This document shows, piece by piece, positions 31,238 through 47,300 of a stretch of DNA of 64,000 nucleotides. The notes under the pieces are model-generated. The model did no database searches. It saw only the letters and a program-made list of their open reading frames with translations, and was not told the origin of the DNA. The translations under genes were made by a program, and so were the position numbers. How positions within the stretch are numbered: position 1 is the stretch's first letter; every line of letters begins with the position of its first letter. The stretch comes from the human T2T-CHM13v2.0 reference genome, Homo sapiens, in NCBI RefSeq assembly GCF_009914755.1, contig NC_060928.1; one strand, written 5' to 3'.

Positions 31238-33393
31238 GTATTCTTTACTGACAGTTGGTTTTCTTTTTTTTAGTATGTTGAATATACCATTCTCTTCTAG
31301 CCTGGATGGTTTTGGCTGAAACATCTGCTGATAATCTAGCAGGAATTTCAGTTTCTGTAACTTGATGTTTCTCTCATGCAGCTTTTAGAATTCTCTGTGT
31401 TTGACATTTGACAGTTTGATTATAAAGTACATCAGAGAAGATTTTTGCAGGTTGAATATAATTTAGAATTTTTGAAATTCCAGGATCTTGATGATCATGT
31501 CTTTCCCTAGACTTGGGAAGGTTTCAGTAATTATTTAAGAGGTTTTATGTACCCTTCTCCATTTCTTCCCCCAGCATCCCTATAATGCAAATATTAGTTC
31601 ACTTAATGATGTTCCCTAAGTCCCATAGGCTTTCTTCATTGTTTGATTCTTTTTCCTCTGGATTATTTTGAAAGCAAGTTTATAAATTTTTCTGCTTGAT
31701 TAGTCTGTTGTTGAAGCCCTCAATGGTATTTTTACTTCATTCATTGAATTCTTCAGCTCTAAGATTTCTGTGTGGTTCTTTTCCATAATATCTATCTGTT
31801 TATTGGATTTCTTGTTCAGATAATAAACTTTTTTCCTAATTTTATTGAATTCTTTGTCTATATTTTTTGTATCTCCCTGAGCTTCCTTAAGATCATTATT
31901 CTGAATTCCTTTCAGACATTTCATAAGTATCCTTTTCTTTGGGGTCTGTTACTATAGACTTATTTGTTGCATTGAGGGTGTCATATGTCCCTGCTTTTTC
32001 ATGTTTCTTAAGTCCCCACATTGATATCTGTGCATCCAATGGAGCCGTCACTTTTTCTAACTTTATGGAGTAGCTTTTGTAGGGAGAGACTTTTTCCTGC
32101 AGATGGTCAGAGTGTCAGTTGGCTATGGTGCATTGGCTTTGGTTCTGTGAGGACTCAGTAGCATCATCTCTGTGCAATTTCTTTAATTATAATCCTCCTC
32201 ATTATGTCTGTGATTGTCTCAATGGCTAAGATGTGAGAGTTTGTGATGGCAATGCCACAGTTTTGTTGGGGACACGGGCACTGGGCTGATTGTCAGGCCA
32301 AGCATGTTTACTCATAACGGATCAACAGTTTGTGCAATGGACTTTCTAAGGGTGCAGGGCTGCTGCCAGACTGACTGTCTGGAAAGGCAACAGGTGGGGT
32401 TACAAGCAAGTTCTGCAAGTCAGGTGGCTGTGGGTTGGTCTCTCCAGAGAGGCAGGGACACCACTGTTCTGGTTTTCAAGCTGGACATAGGCATACACAG
32501 CCTCAGTGGGCCAGCTGGCTATGCTATGCCAGTGTGCACAGGCGCAGCAGGTCAGCTAGCTATTAGGCAGCTTCCTTACTCTGCAGGTCTTTTCATTCCC
32601 TAGAAAGAGGTTAGGCACATGGAATTTGAAACCAAATTATCAACTGTTTTGTTGGACCTAGGCTCTGGGCAGTCAGAATTGCAGTGCTGCAGAAACCCAT
32701 GTGAATGTGGTGGAACAACTGTAGGGCCTCACAAATGGAAAGAGTCAGTGGCTACTGGCCCCTGGGGTAGGACACACTCTGGTAGTAGGTCCAGCTTCAG
32801 GATGGTGCCATTCCATAGCAACTTAAATCATAGGAAAGGAAGGTACTAAACATGGGCCCCTACCCCAAGACAATTCAGCAGCACAAACTCCTAGCAATTC
32901 TCCAAATTGGCTTCAGGTCCTGTGAGGACTGAAGGACCCTCCTGTAGTAAACTACTGGCATCTAAGGCAGTAATGAGGACCACTGAGTGGTCTCCACCTT
33001 ACTTTTTCCTTGCAAGAAGAAGTCTTCCTTGACTCTGAGCCTGTCCTAGCAGGGAAGACAGTGTATCAGAGGCAGGGTGACTCACTCACCTTTCTATGGT
33101 GCTGTCCTATACATCCATGCTCCACAGATTTTGCTGCTCCTCTGGTGCTATCCAGCAAACTTCCTCAGTCACTCCAGATGAAATATACTTGTTTATTTGT
33201 TGTTTCGGTCTCTCTTTGTGGGGAGACAAATGCCAAGCAACTCCAGTTGGCCATGCTATCACTTGCCTACGAGCTCATTTTAGAGAGAGATTGCTATCCT
33301 AACAACTCTCATTCACCTTATTGAGAGAAGGTTCCATCACACTAATTGGACAATAATTTCATATGGAACTGTATTTAGACAATGTTAATTATT

Positions 33394-33765
33394 GGCAGAC
33401 CCACCCTCAATCTGGGTAGGCACCGTCTAATCAGCTGCCAGTGTGGCCAGGATAAAAGCAGGTGGAGAAAGGTGGAAGGACTCGACTGGCTAAGTCTTCC
33501 GGCCACCACATTTCTCCCACGCTGGACACTTCCTGCCCTCAAACATCAGACTCAAAGATCTGATGTTTGTGGACTCTGGGACCTACATCAGTGATTTGCC
33601 AGGGTCTCTCAGGCCTTTGGCCACAGACAGAAGGCCGCACTGTTGGCTTCCTTATTTTTGAGGTTTTGGGACTCAGACTGGCTTCTTTGGTCCTCAGCTT
33701 ACAGATGGCCTATTGTGGGACTTCACCTTGTGTGAGTCAATACTCCTTAATAAACTCCCCTTCAT
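33394..33765 (+). mobile_element. MLT2A (probably MLT2A2) ERVL LTR fragment lacking both termini
   Basis: 'ggcagacccaccctcaatctgggtaggcacc...ataaaagcagg...tactccttaataaactcccc' matches MLT2A; the 5' TG start and the 3' 'ctaataca' end are absent. Confidence 0.9.
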
Positions 33766-36299
33766 TCCTGGGTAAGATGGCCAAATAGGAACAGCTCCAG
33801 TCTGCAGCTCCCTGTGAGACCAATGCAGAAGGTGGGTGATTTTTCCAACTGAGGTACCTGGTTCATCTCATTGGGACTGGCTACACAGTGGGTGGAGCCC
33901 AGGGAGGGCAAGCAGAAGCAGGGTAGGATGTTGCCTCACCCAGGAAGAACAAGGGGTCAGGGAACTCCCTTCCCTAGCAAAGGGAAGCCATGAGAAACTG
34001 TGCTGTGAGGGATGATGCTATCTGGCCCAGATACTATGCTTTTCCCATGGTCTTTGCAATCCACAGACCAGGAGATTCCCTTGGGTGCCTGCACCACCAG
34101 GGCCCTGGGTTTCAAGCACAAAACTGGGCGGCCATTTGGGCAGACACCGAGCTAGCTGCAGGAGTTTTTGTTCATACCCCAGTAGTGCCTGGAACATCAG
34201 CAAGACAGAACCGTTTACTCCCCTGGAAAGGGGGCTGAAGCCAGGGAGCCAAGTGGTCTTGCTCAGTGGATCCTACCCCTACAGAGCCCAACAAGCTAAG
34301 ATACACTGGCTTGAAATTCTCGCTGTCAGCACAGCACGCTGAAGTTGACCTGGGATACTAGAGCTTGGTGGGGGGAGGGGTGTCTGCCATTACTGAGGCT
34401 TGAGTAGGCATTTTCCCCTCACAGTGTAAACAAAGCTGCCCAGAAATTCAGATTGGGTGGAGGCCACCACAGCACCACAAAGCCACTGTAGCCAGACTGC
34501 CTCTCTATATTCCTCCTCCCTGGGCAGGGCATCTCTGAAAGAAAGGCAGCAGCACCAGTCAGGGTCTTAAAGATAAAATTCCCATCTCCCTGGGACAGAG
34601 CACCTGGGGGAAGGGACAGCTGTGGGCACAGCTTCAGCAGACTTAAACGTCCCTGCCTGCCAGCTCTGAAAAGAACAGCAGATCTCCCAGCACAGCACTT
34701 GAGCTCTGCTAAGGGGACAGACTGCCTCCTCAAGTGAGTCCCTGACCCCCATGCCTCCTGTCTGGGAGACACCTCCCAGTAGGGGTCAACAGACAACTCA
34801 TACAGGAGAGCTCTGACTGGCATCTGGCATGTGCCCCTCTGGGACGGAGCTTCCAGAGGAAGGAGCAGGCAGCAATCTTAGCTGTTCTGCAGCCTCTGCT
34901 GGTGATACCCAGGCAAACAGGGCCAGGAGTGGACCTCCAGCAAACTCCAGCAGGCCTGCAGAAGAGGGGCCTGACTGTTAAAAGGAAAACTAACAAACAG
35001 AAAGGAAGAGCATCAACATCGACAAAAAGGACAACCACACAAAAACCCTATCTGAAGGTCACCAACAGCAAAGAGGAAAGGTAGATAAATCCATGAAGAT
35101 GAGAAAACCAGCACAAAAAGTCTAAAAATTCCAAAAACCAGAACACCTCTTCTCCTCCAAAGGATCACAACTCCTCCCCAGCAAGGGAACAAAACTGGAC
35201 AGAGAATGAATTTAACAAATTGACAGAAGTAGGCTTCAGAAGGCGGGTAATAACAAACTCCTTGGAGCTAAAGGAGCATGTTCTAACCCAATGCAAGGAA
35301 GCTAAGAACCTTGATAAAAGGTTACAGGAATTGCTAACTAGTATAACCAGTTTAGAGAAGAACATAAATGACCTGATGGAGCTGAAAAACACAGCACAAG
35401 AACTTCGTGAAGCATACACAAGTATCAGTAGCCGAATTAATCAAGCAGAAGAAAGGACATCAGAGATTGAAGATCAATTTAATGAAATAAAGCATGAAGA
35501 CAAGATTAGAGAAGAATGAAAAGGAACAAAAAAAGCTTCCAAGAAATATGGCACTATGTGAAAAGACCAAAACTACATTTGTTTGGTGCACCTGAAAGTG
35601 ACAGGAAGAATGGAATCAAGTTGGAAAACACTCTTCAGGATATTATCCAGGAGAACTTCCCCAACCTAGCAAGACAGGCCAACATTCAAAATCAGGAAAT
35701 ACAGAGAACACCACAAAGATATTTCTCGAGAAGAGCAATCCCAAGACACATAATTGTCAGATTCACCAAAGTTGAAATGAAGGAAAAAATGTTAAGGGCA
35801 GCCAGAGAGAAAGGTCGGGTTACCTACAAAGGGAAGCCCATCAGACTAACAGCAGATCTCTCTGCAGAAACCCTACGAGCCAGAAGAGAGTGGGGGCCAA
35901 TATTCAACGTTCTTAAATAAAATAATTTTCAACCCAGAATTTCATATCCAGCCAAACCGTGCTTCATAAGTGAAGGAGAAATAAAACCCTTTACAGACAA
36001 GCAAATGTTGAGAGATTTTGTCACCACCAGGCCTGCCTTACAAGAGCTCCTGAAGGAAGCACTAAATATGGAAAGGAAAACTGGTACCAGCCACTGCAAA
36101 CACATACCACAATGTAAAGACCATCAACATTGCCTCTCAGGGCAGCGGGGGGCAAGGGGAGGGATAACGTTAGGGGAAATACCTAATGTAGATGATGGGT
36201 TGATGGGTGCAGCAAACCACCATGGCACATGTATACATATATAACAAACCTGCACATTCTGCACGTTTCCCAGAACTTAAAGTATAATAATTAAATAAA
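33765..36299 (+). mobile_element. L1PA7-like element: full 5'UTR, disrupted ORF1, ORF2 deleted, 3'UTR end and A-tail
   Basis: 5' end 'aagatggccaaataggaacagctcc'; ORF1 fragments at 35220-36115; at ~36131 it jumps to the G-rich 3'UTR 'ggggcaaggggagggata...cctaatgtagatga'. Confidence 0.93.
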
Positions 36300-36319
36300 A
36301 GAAAATGTGAATTATTATA

Positions 36320-36685
36320 AGTAAATGCTGAAGTAAAATTAAATAACAAATATTAGGACTTCAAAGAAAGTGTTTGGTCAGAGCTGATCAACGTGAAGAG
36401 CAGGAAGAAATACCAGTACATAGCAATGTGATATAGAGAAAATCAGCAAAACTAAAAGTTGGCTTTTAAAAGAAGAAGAAAATAAAGTTGAGAGTACTTC
36501 AGCAAAATTCTCCAAAGAGAAAGAGGAGAAAGGGGTGAAAAGTGAGAGAGATAGAGAGCAAGTACCTAAATAATCAATATCAAGAATAAAGAGATATCAC
36601 TACAGATGTTATTATTAACAACTTTATAGCAATACTTTTGACAATTTAAACATATCTTTATAAACACTTACTCAACTGATAGAAG
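36320..36685 (+). mobile_element. Very old L1M ORF2 fragment
   Basis: 'gagaaaatcagcaaaactaaaagttggctttt', 'gatatcactacagat' resemble KINxxKSWFFE / DITTD coding sequence. Confidence 0.6.
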
Positions 36686-36686
36686 A

Positions 36687-41486
<4,800 letters not shown>

Positions 41487-41934
41487 AAGGCTAAGTTTTT
41501 TGTTGTTGTTTTTATTCCTAGGAGAGTTCTAGGCCACCAGAAATACGTATGAGCCATGAAAGCAAACTCTAAAGAACTTTAAACCCCTGTGTAATATAGC
41601 TTTCTTTTATTTTCTGAATTTAATTATTTACACTTTCTTGCCAGTTTGGTCAGGTTTTAAAAATTATTTTTTCATATTTAAGCAGCATTATTAAGTATTC
41701 TGTACTCAGAAGTCTTTCTTTGCAGAGTTGTTCACCATATTCTCAGAAAAAGATACAATGAAACAAAAACACACTGATGATTTTTTCCGGTGTATTTTTT
41801 ATTAAAAATGAAAACAGCATACTTGAGCTCCTTAGAGCCAGATGAAAATATTTATTCTAATAAATTAGGTAACTTTCCTCATTAAGTAGAAAAAATATGA
41901 TAATTGGTACAACACTTTTACAAAATAAAATGCC

Positions 41935-43170
41935 AGTATCTTAGTTAATCCAACAAAATATAGTAAGCCCTTTTTATGTGCCAGACATTATTCTAAAGGA
42001 TTTAGTATGAACAAATCAGTCAATGCTAACTGCCTTTATGGAGATTATATTCTAGCAGGAGGAGGCAAACAATACCAGATAAGTAAAATAGGCAGTATAT
42101 CTTGATATCGTAAATGCTAGAAATCAAAGAAAGAGAAGTAGATAGGTCTGGAGGATGTGGCTATGCCTATGACAGAGTAGTCAGGGATGGCCTTACTGTT
42201 AGAGAGGCCTTTGGGCGAAGCATGAAAAGAGTGATGGATTGATGCCTATAATCTCCAAAGAAAAAAACCTTTCCAGGCAGAGAGAACAACACATACACAG
42301 TTCCTGAGTTTGACATGTTAGGTTGGAAATGCCTATTAAAAATTAAAAATCCAGGTGGAAACCTTAATTAAGCAGTTGAACATGAGCTGGAGTTTTGGAG
42401 AATAACCAGTCTGGAGATAAACTTGTGGAATCATCAGCCTATTAACGGTACTTAAAGCCATGATCTGGATAAAATTACAAGAGAGTGTTGTTTAGCTAGA
42501 GAAGAAATTAAAAACTTGATATCTGGGCCTACTGTAACCACCGGGAGCCTCAGGCTCCCAGTAGGAATTTTAAAAATTGTCAGCATATAGGTGGTCTGGT
42601 TAAACAGTAGTGCTCTTCAAAGTGAGATTTTGGAAGTATTACAAAGATTGTTGTAATTTGGAAGTATTTCTAGACCATAACTATTGGAGAATGTATGTAT
42701 TATGATGGAGGGCAAAATCATGGGAGGAAAAGAGCTCAAGGAGTAGAAAAGTGAATGGATTAAAATATGATATCTATCCAAGATAAATATCACCAAAAAC
42801 TATGAAAAGATTAGTGTTACAGAAATTGACAAGGATCCAGGGTCTACATTTCTTTAAAGATATGCAAGAATAGATACAAATCAATAGATTACTATAAGGA
42901 GAGGATATAGTTTGATGACATGAGATTCAAAGCTGAGCATGCTAGGGAAGACAAAGGGAGAATGGTTTGGAAACAGCAATGAGGAGCAAGGAGGAAACCA
43001 CCCCACCACCAGTCTCAGAGGTATGAGACATGGGAGGAAAAAAAACCAGCACCACCTGAAAGGGTGGCAGGGGAAGAAATGTCTTCAGGGCACAGGTTTC
43101 AGTTAGGCCAGGAAGGGGAAGGAAACATTCAGATGAGGTTAAGGATTCTGAGTTTTTGCTGGCTATGAAT
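41935..43170 (-). mobile_element. L2 fragments
   Basis: 'tatgtgccagacattattcta', 'tgagtttgacatgttaggttggaaatgcctatta', 'ggtacttaaagccatga'. Confidence 0.7.
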
Positions 43171-44094
43171 TCAGGGAGCATAATGGATGAATTTCAGGAG
43201 TGGGAGGTTTGAGGGGTGACATCAGAAAAGAAGATATACAAAATTATATAGAGTGGGGTTTTAGTGATCGCAGGTACCCTGGAAGTCCTAGGTGTCTTGT
43301 GGAGACTGAGGTAGACACAGCTTAAATACATAATGAGATCCGTCTTAAGAGTCTGAAGGCTGTCAACTTGGCAAGTAGAGAGAAATAAAGAATCTTGCCA
43401 GGAGCTGACTTTAGGGGATCCCTCCTCTCTCCTGCCAATGACTATGTAGAGATGTTTTTAATATCTGAGAAGCAGCCATCCAGAAAGAGGAAATTTTCTA
43501 ACTTTTTATCTCTTTGAGGGCCATTTCATTCTTTCCTTGAGGATTACAGATGATGAAACTAAGCCCAGAGCTTTGAAGAGGTTTGCGCCAGGCCACACAG
43601 AGAGTTGGTTATTATGTAGAGCATTATTAGCTTTTTTTCTTTTGAAAAAGTCTCTTAAAGTGTTTCTCTTAACAAAAGAGTTTCTGTTTCTGCCATGGGT
43701 CTGTTTCCTTACAAAAGCTTTACAATGATCAGTAAAATGAACACTTGAGGAATATCAATTTAAGAGTGACCTACCAAATGTATCAAAATAGAAGAGCAAA
43801 AGGCAGAGTCAAGGTCTCTAGCAGGATAACAGTGACAATAGCAAAAATAGCAGACTCCACGAAGGGCTACAGTTATTGTATTTACACAAGACCATAAACC
43901 TCACTTCCACTTCCTGAATTCACAATGTGATAGCGAAAGTCAGTCAATGTTGTGATGGGGTATGTCTTGTGATTACAGTAATATGTCCTTTAGGACAGGA
44001 CCAAAGCTAAGTAATCAAACAACATGTTTTTTAGTATATTATGCATTAAAATTTATATGAATGTAGGAAGTTGCGACTAATTATGGTAGCTCAA

Positions 44095-44320
44095 TTTTAT
44101 TAAGCACCAGGAGGTACACTATGCACTTGACAAGCATTATCTAAACACTTTGAGGTTGGAATTGGTATTATCCCCCCTCTACCCAATGAAGAAATTGAGT
44201 CACAGTGCAATTAAGTAACTTGGATAAGATTTGACGCTAGAAACTGGCAAAGCCAGAATTCTAACCTAATTAGAGTAACTTCAGTGCTGTCACTATTAAT
44301 CACTATACCATACTGCTTTA
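44095..44320 (-). mobile_element. MIR
   Basis: 'attatccccctctacccaatgaagaaattgag...ttaagtaacttgg' MIR core. Confidence 0.75.
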
Positions 44321-44463
44321 AAAGGCAAGGCTTCAAAAGGAAATAGATAGATAATTTTTTAAGCAAACGGATAGAAATCATAACTTGCCTTATATCTTAT
44401 GTTCTAATATCCTTTTCTTTTTCCTTTAATAAGAATAATTCTTTATTCTAAAGAAGAATTGAG

Positions 44464-47300
44464 GACCTCCAGTTCCAAAATGGCAGCAGAGAAGCAAGCT
44501 AGCATAACCCCCTAGAAAACCATAAACAAATATACAGTGCCAAGATTATTACCAGAAATATACCAGAATTCAAACACAAAAATTATGAACACAAGTCAGT
44601 TCTTGGGGCCACAAAAAAGTGAAAAAACTTCATGTAGGCAGTAAGAAAATTGGCACATCCACAATGCCTCACTCCACATTCTTCCTGGCACCAAGTATGC
44701 AAAAAATACTCCCCAAAATCACTGTTTTGACACTGGAAAAGTGAGATCAAAGTGAACGAAGAGCTTATTCACCATCTTGGGTTCTCTGACAGGAGATCTG
44801 TCCCTCCCCTGGCCCATAAGAAGCATCATTAGTGCCTGAAAGGAGAAATATCCCTGAGGACAGGTAGAGACAAAGTAGGGATGCAGGACTACTATCTCCA
44901 GCTCTGGAAACTGCTCTACAACTTGGCCAAAGGCCAAATAAGAGTGGCTTTTAAGCAGCATCACACTCCAGGAGCATGGGCACAAACCTTTGCCAGCCTA
45001 TCCCACTGCTGAGGTATCCCCATTGGGACTTCCTGCACTTGGGAAGAGTAGCACTCCAAACACTTGCTAGAGCTGAGACAAATCTGGGCTTAAGGTGCCA
45101 TCTAGAACTGAAAAGGAGGCAGTTGCCTGACAGTAAAGAACCTATAAGCAAATATATCCAATAAAAAAATAAAAGAAGCAAGACAGAGAAGACAACAATA
45201 AATAAAATAATAATTAAATAAGACCAAATTAATCTTACAATGCAAAGACATAGATGTACATCCACAAGTAACAACCACAAACAGGGAACCATGATTTCCC
45301 CAAGCATACAAAGCAAAGATTTAGCAACTGACCCTAATGAAACAGCAATTGGTGAGCTCTTCGACCAAGAACCAAAAATAGTAGTTTTAAAGAAACTTGG
45401 TGATCTCCCAGATAACACAAGAAAACAATCCAGAAAACTTATTAGAGAAATTTAACAAAGAGATTGAAATAATTTTTTTAAATTAAACAGAAATCTAGAA
45501 ACTGATAAATATATTTGCTGAACTGAAAAATTCATTAGAAGCTCTCAACAGAAAGGATCAAGAAGAGCAAAGAATTAGTGAGCTCAAATACAGACTATTT
45601 GAAAATACATGGAGAAGAAAAAGAAAAAAGAATGAAAAGCAAGAAAGATCACCTAAAAGATATAGAAAATTACCTCAAAAGACCAAATCTAAGAATTATT
45701 GGTGCTTAAGAGGGAGGTCAGCAAGAGCAAAGGGTAGAAAGCTTATTCAAGGAAATAACAGAAAACTTTCCAAAACTTGATTAAAGATAAATATCCAGGT
45801 AAGGGAAGGTCCGAGAACCCCAAACAGATTTGACTCAAATAAGACTACTCCATGGCATATGATAATCAGACCCTCAAAGGTCAAGGATAAAGAAAGAATC
45901 CTAAAAGCAACAAGAGAAAAAAAGCAAATAACATAAAAAAGCTCCATTTAATCTGGCAACAGACTTCTCAATGGAAATCATACATGCCAGGAGAAAATAG
46001 AATAACATTTTCAAAGTGCTGAAACAGAAAATCTATTGCCAGCTAAGAATACTGTATTCAACAAACTACAGTTCTAATATAAAAAACTGATAAATTCTTT
46101 CCCAGACAAGCAAAAGTGGAGGTAATTCACTACCACAATACCCATCTTACAATACATTCTAAAGGAAGTTCTTCAATCCAAAAGAAAGAGACACTAATGT
46201 GTTTTTAAAAAATGGAAGTTATAAAACCCACTGGTAAAATTAAGTACAAGGACAAACCCAGAATACTATAATAATATAATTGTTGTATGCAATCCACTAA
46301 TAAATAAATCTAGTATGAAGTCCTAAAGACAAATCTAGCAACAACAATAATAGCTAGATTGACCTGTTAAGAGATTGACAATGTTTCAAAAAAAGACATA
46401 CGAATGGCCAATAGGCATATGAAAAATGCTCAATGGAGACATGTGAATCAAAACTACAATGAAGTATGATATTACCCCAGTTAAAAATGGCTTCTATCAA
46501 AAAGACAGGCAATAAAAGATGCTGATGATATGAAGAAAGAGAAACCTTAAACACTGTTAGTGGGCATGGAAATTAGTACAGACATTATTCAGAACAGTAT
46601 GAAGTTTCCTTACAATTGCTAAAACTAGAACTACCGTATGATCCAGAAATTCTGCTATTGGGTATATATCTTTTAAAAAGGAAATGAATGTATCAAAAAG
46701 ACATCTGCATTCCCATGTTTATTGTAGCACTATTCACAACAGACAAAATATGGAATCAACATATGTGCCCATCAACAGATGAGTAAAGAAAATGTGACAC
46801 ATATTATGCACAATGAAATATGATTCTGCCATAAAAAAGAATGAAATCCTGTCATTTGTGACAACATGGAGGGAACTAGAGGTTGTTAAGTGAAGTAAGC
46901 CAAGCACAGAAAGATAAATATTGTGTGTTCTCGTTCATATGTGAAAGCAAAAAAAAAGTTAATCTCAAAGACAAAGAGTAGATTTGTGGTTATCAGAGGC
47001 CATGAAGGGCAGGGAGGAGAAAAGATGAAAATAAGATGTAAATATATGGGTTGCCAGAAGAAATAAGACCTAGTGTTAGATAGATCAGCAGGGTAACTAC
47101 AGTTTACAATAATCTATTGCATGTTTCAAAATAGCTAGAAGAGAAGAATGGAAATGGTTCTGTCATAAAGAGAAGACAAATATTTATGGTGATGGACATC
47201 CCAAGAACTGATTTGATCTTTACAAATTACATGAATGTATTAAATAATCATGTGTATCACCAAACTATGTACATGTGTTATGCATGAATTGTAAAAAAAA
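44464..47300 (+). mobile_element. L1MA-type element with 5'UTR, ORF1 and 3' end but most of ORF2 deleted
   Basis: 5' 'ttccaaaatggcagc'; degenerate ORF1 ~45290-46200; jumps at ~46380 to the ORF2 C-terminus; L1MA 3'UTR and A-tail; TSD aagaattg(a/g)g at 44454-44463 and 47301-47310. Confidence 0.85.
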
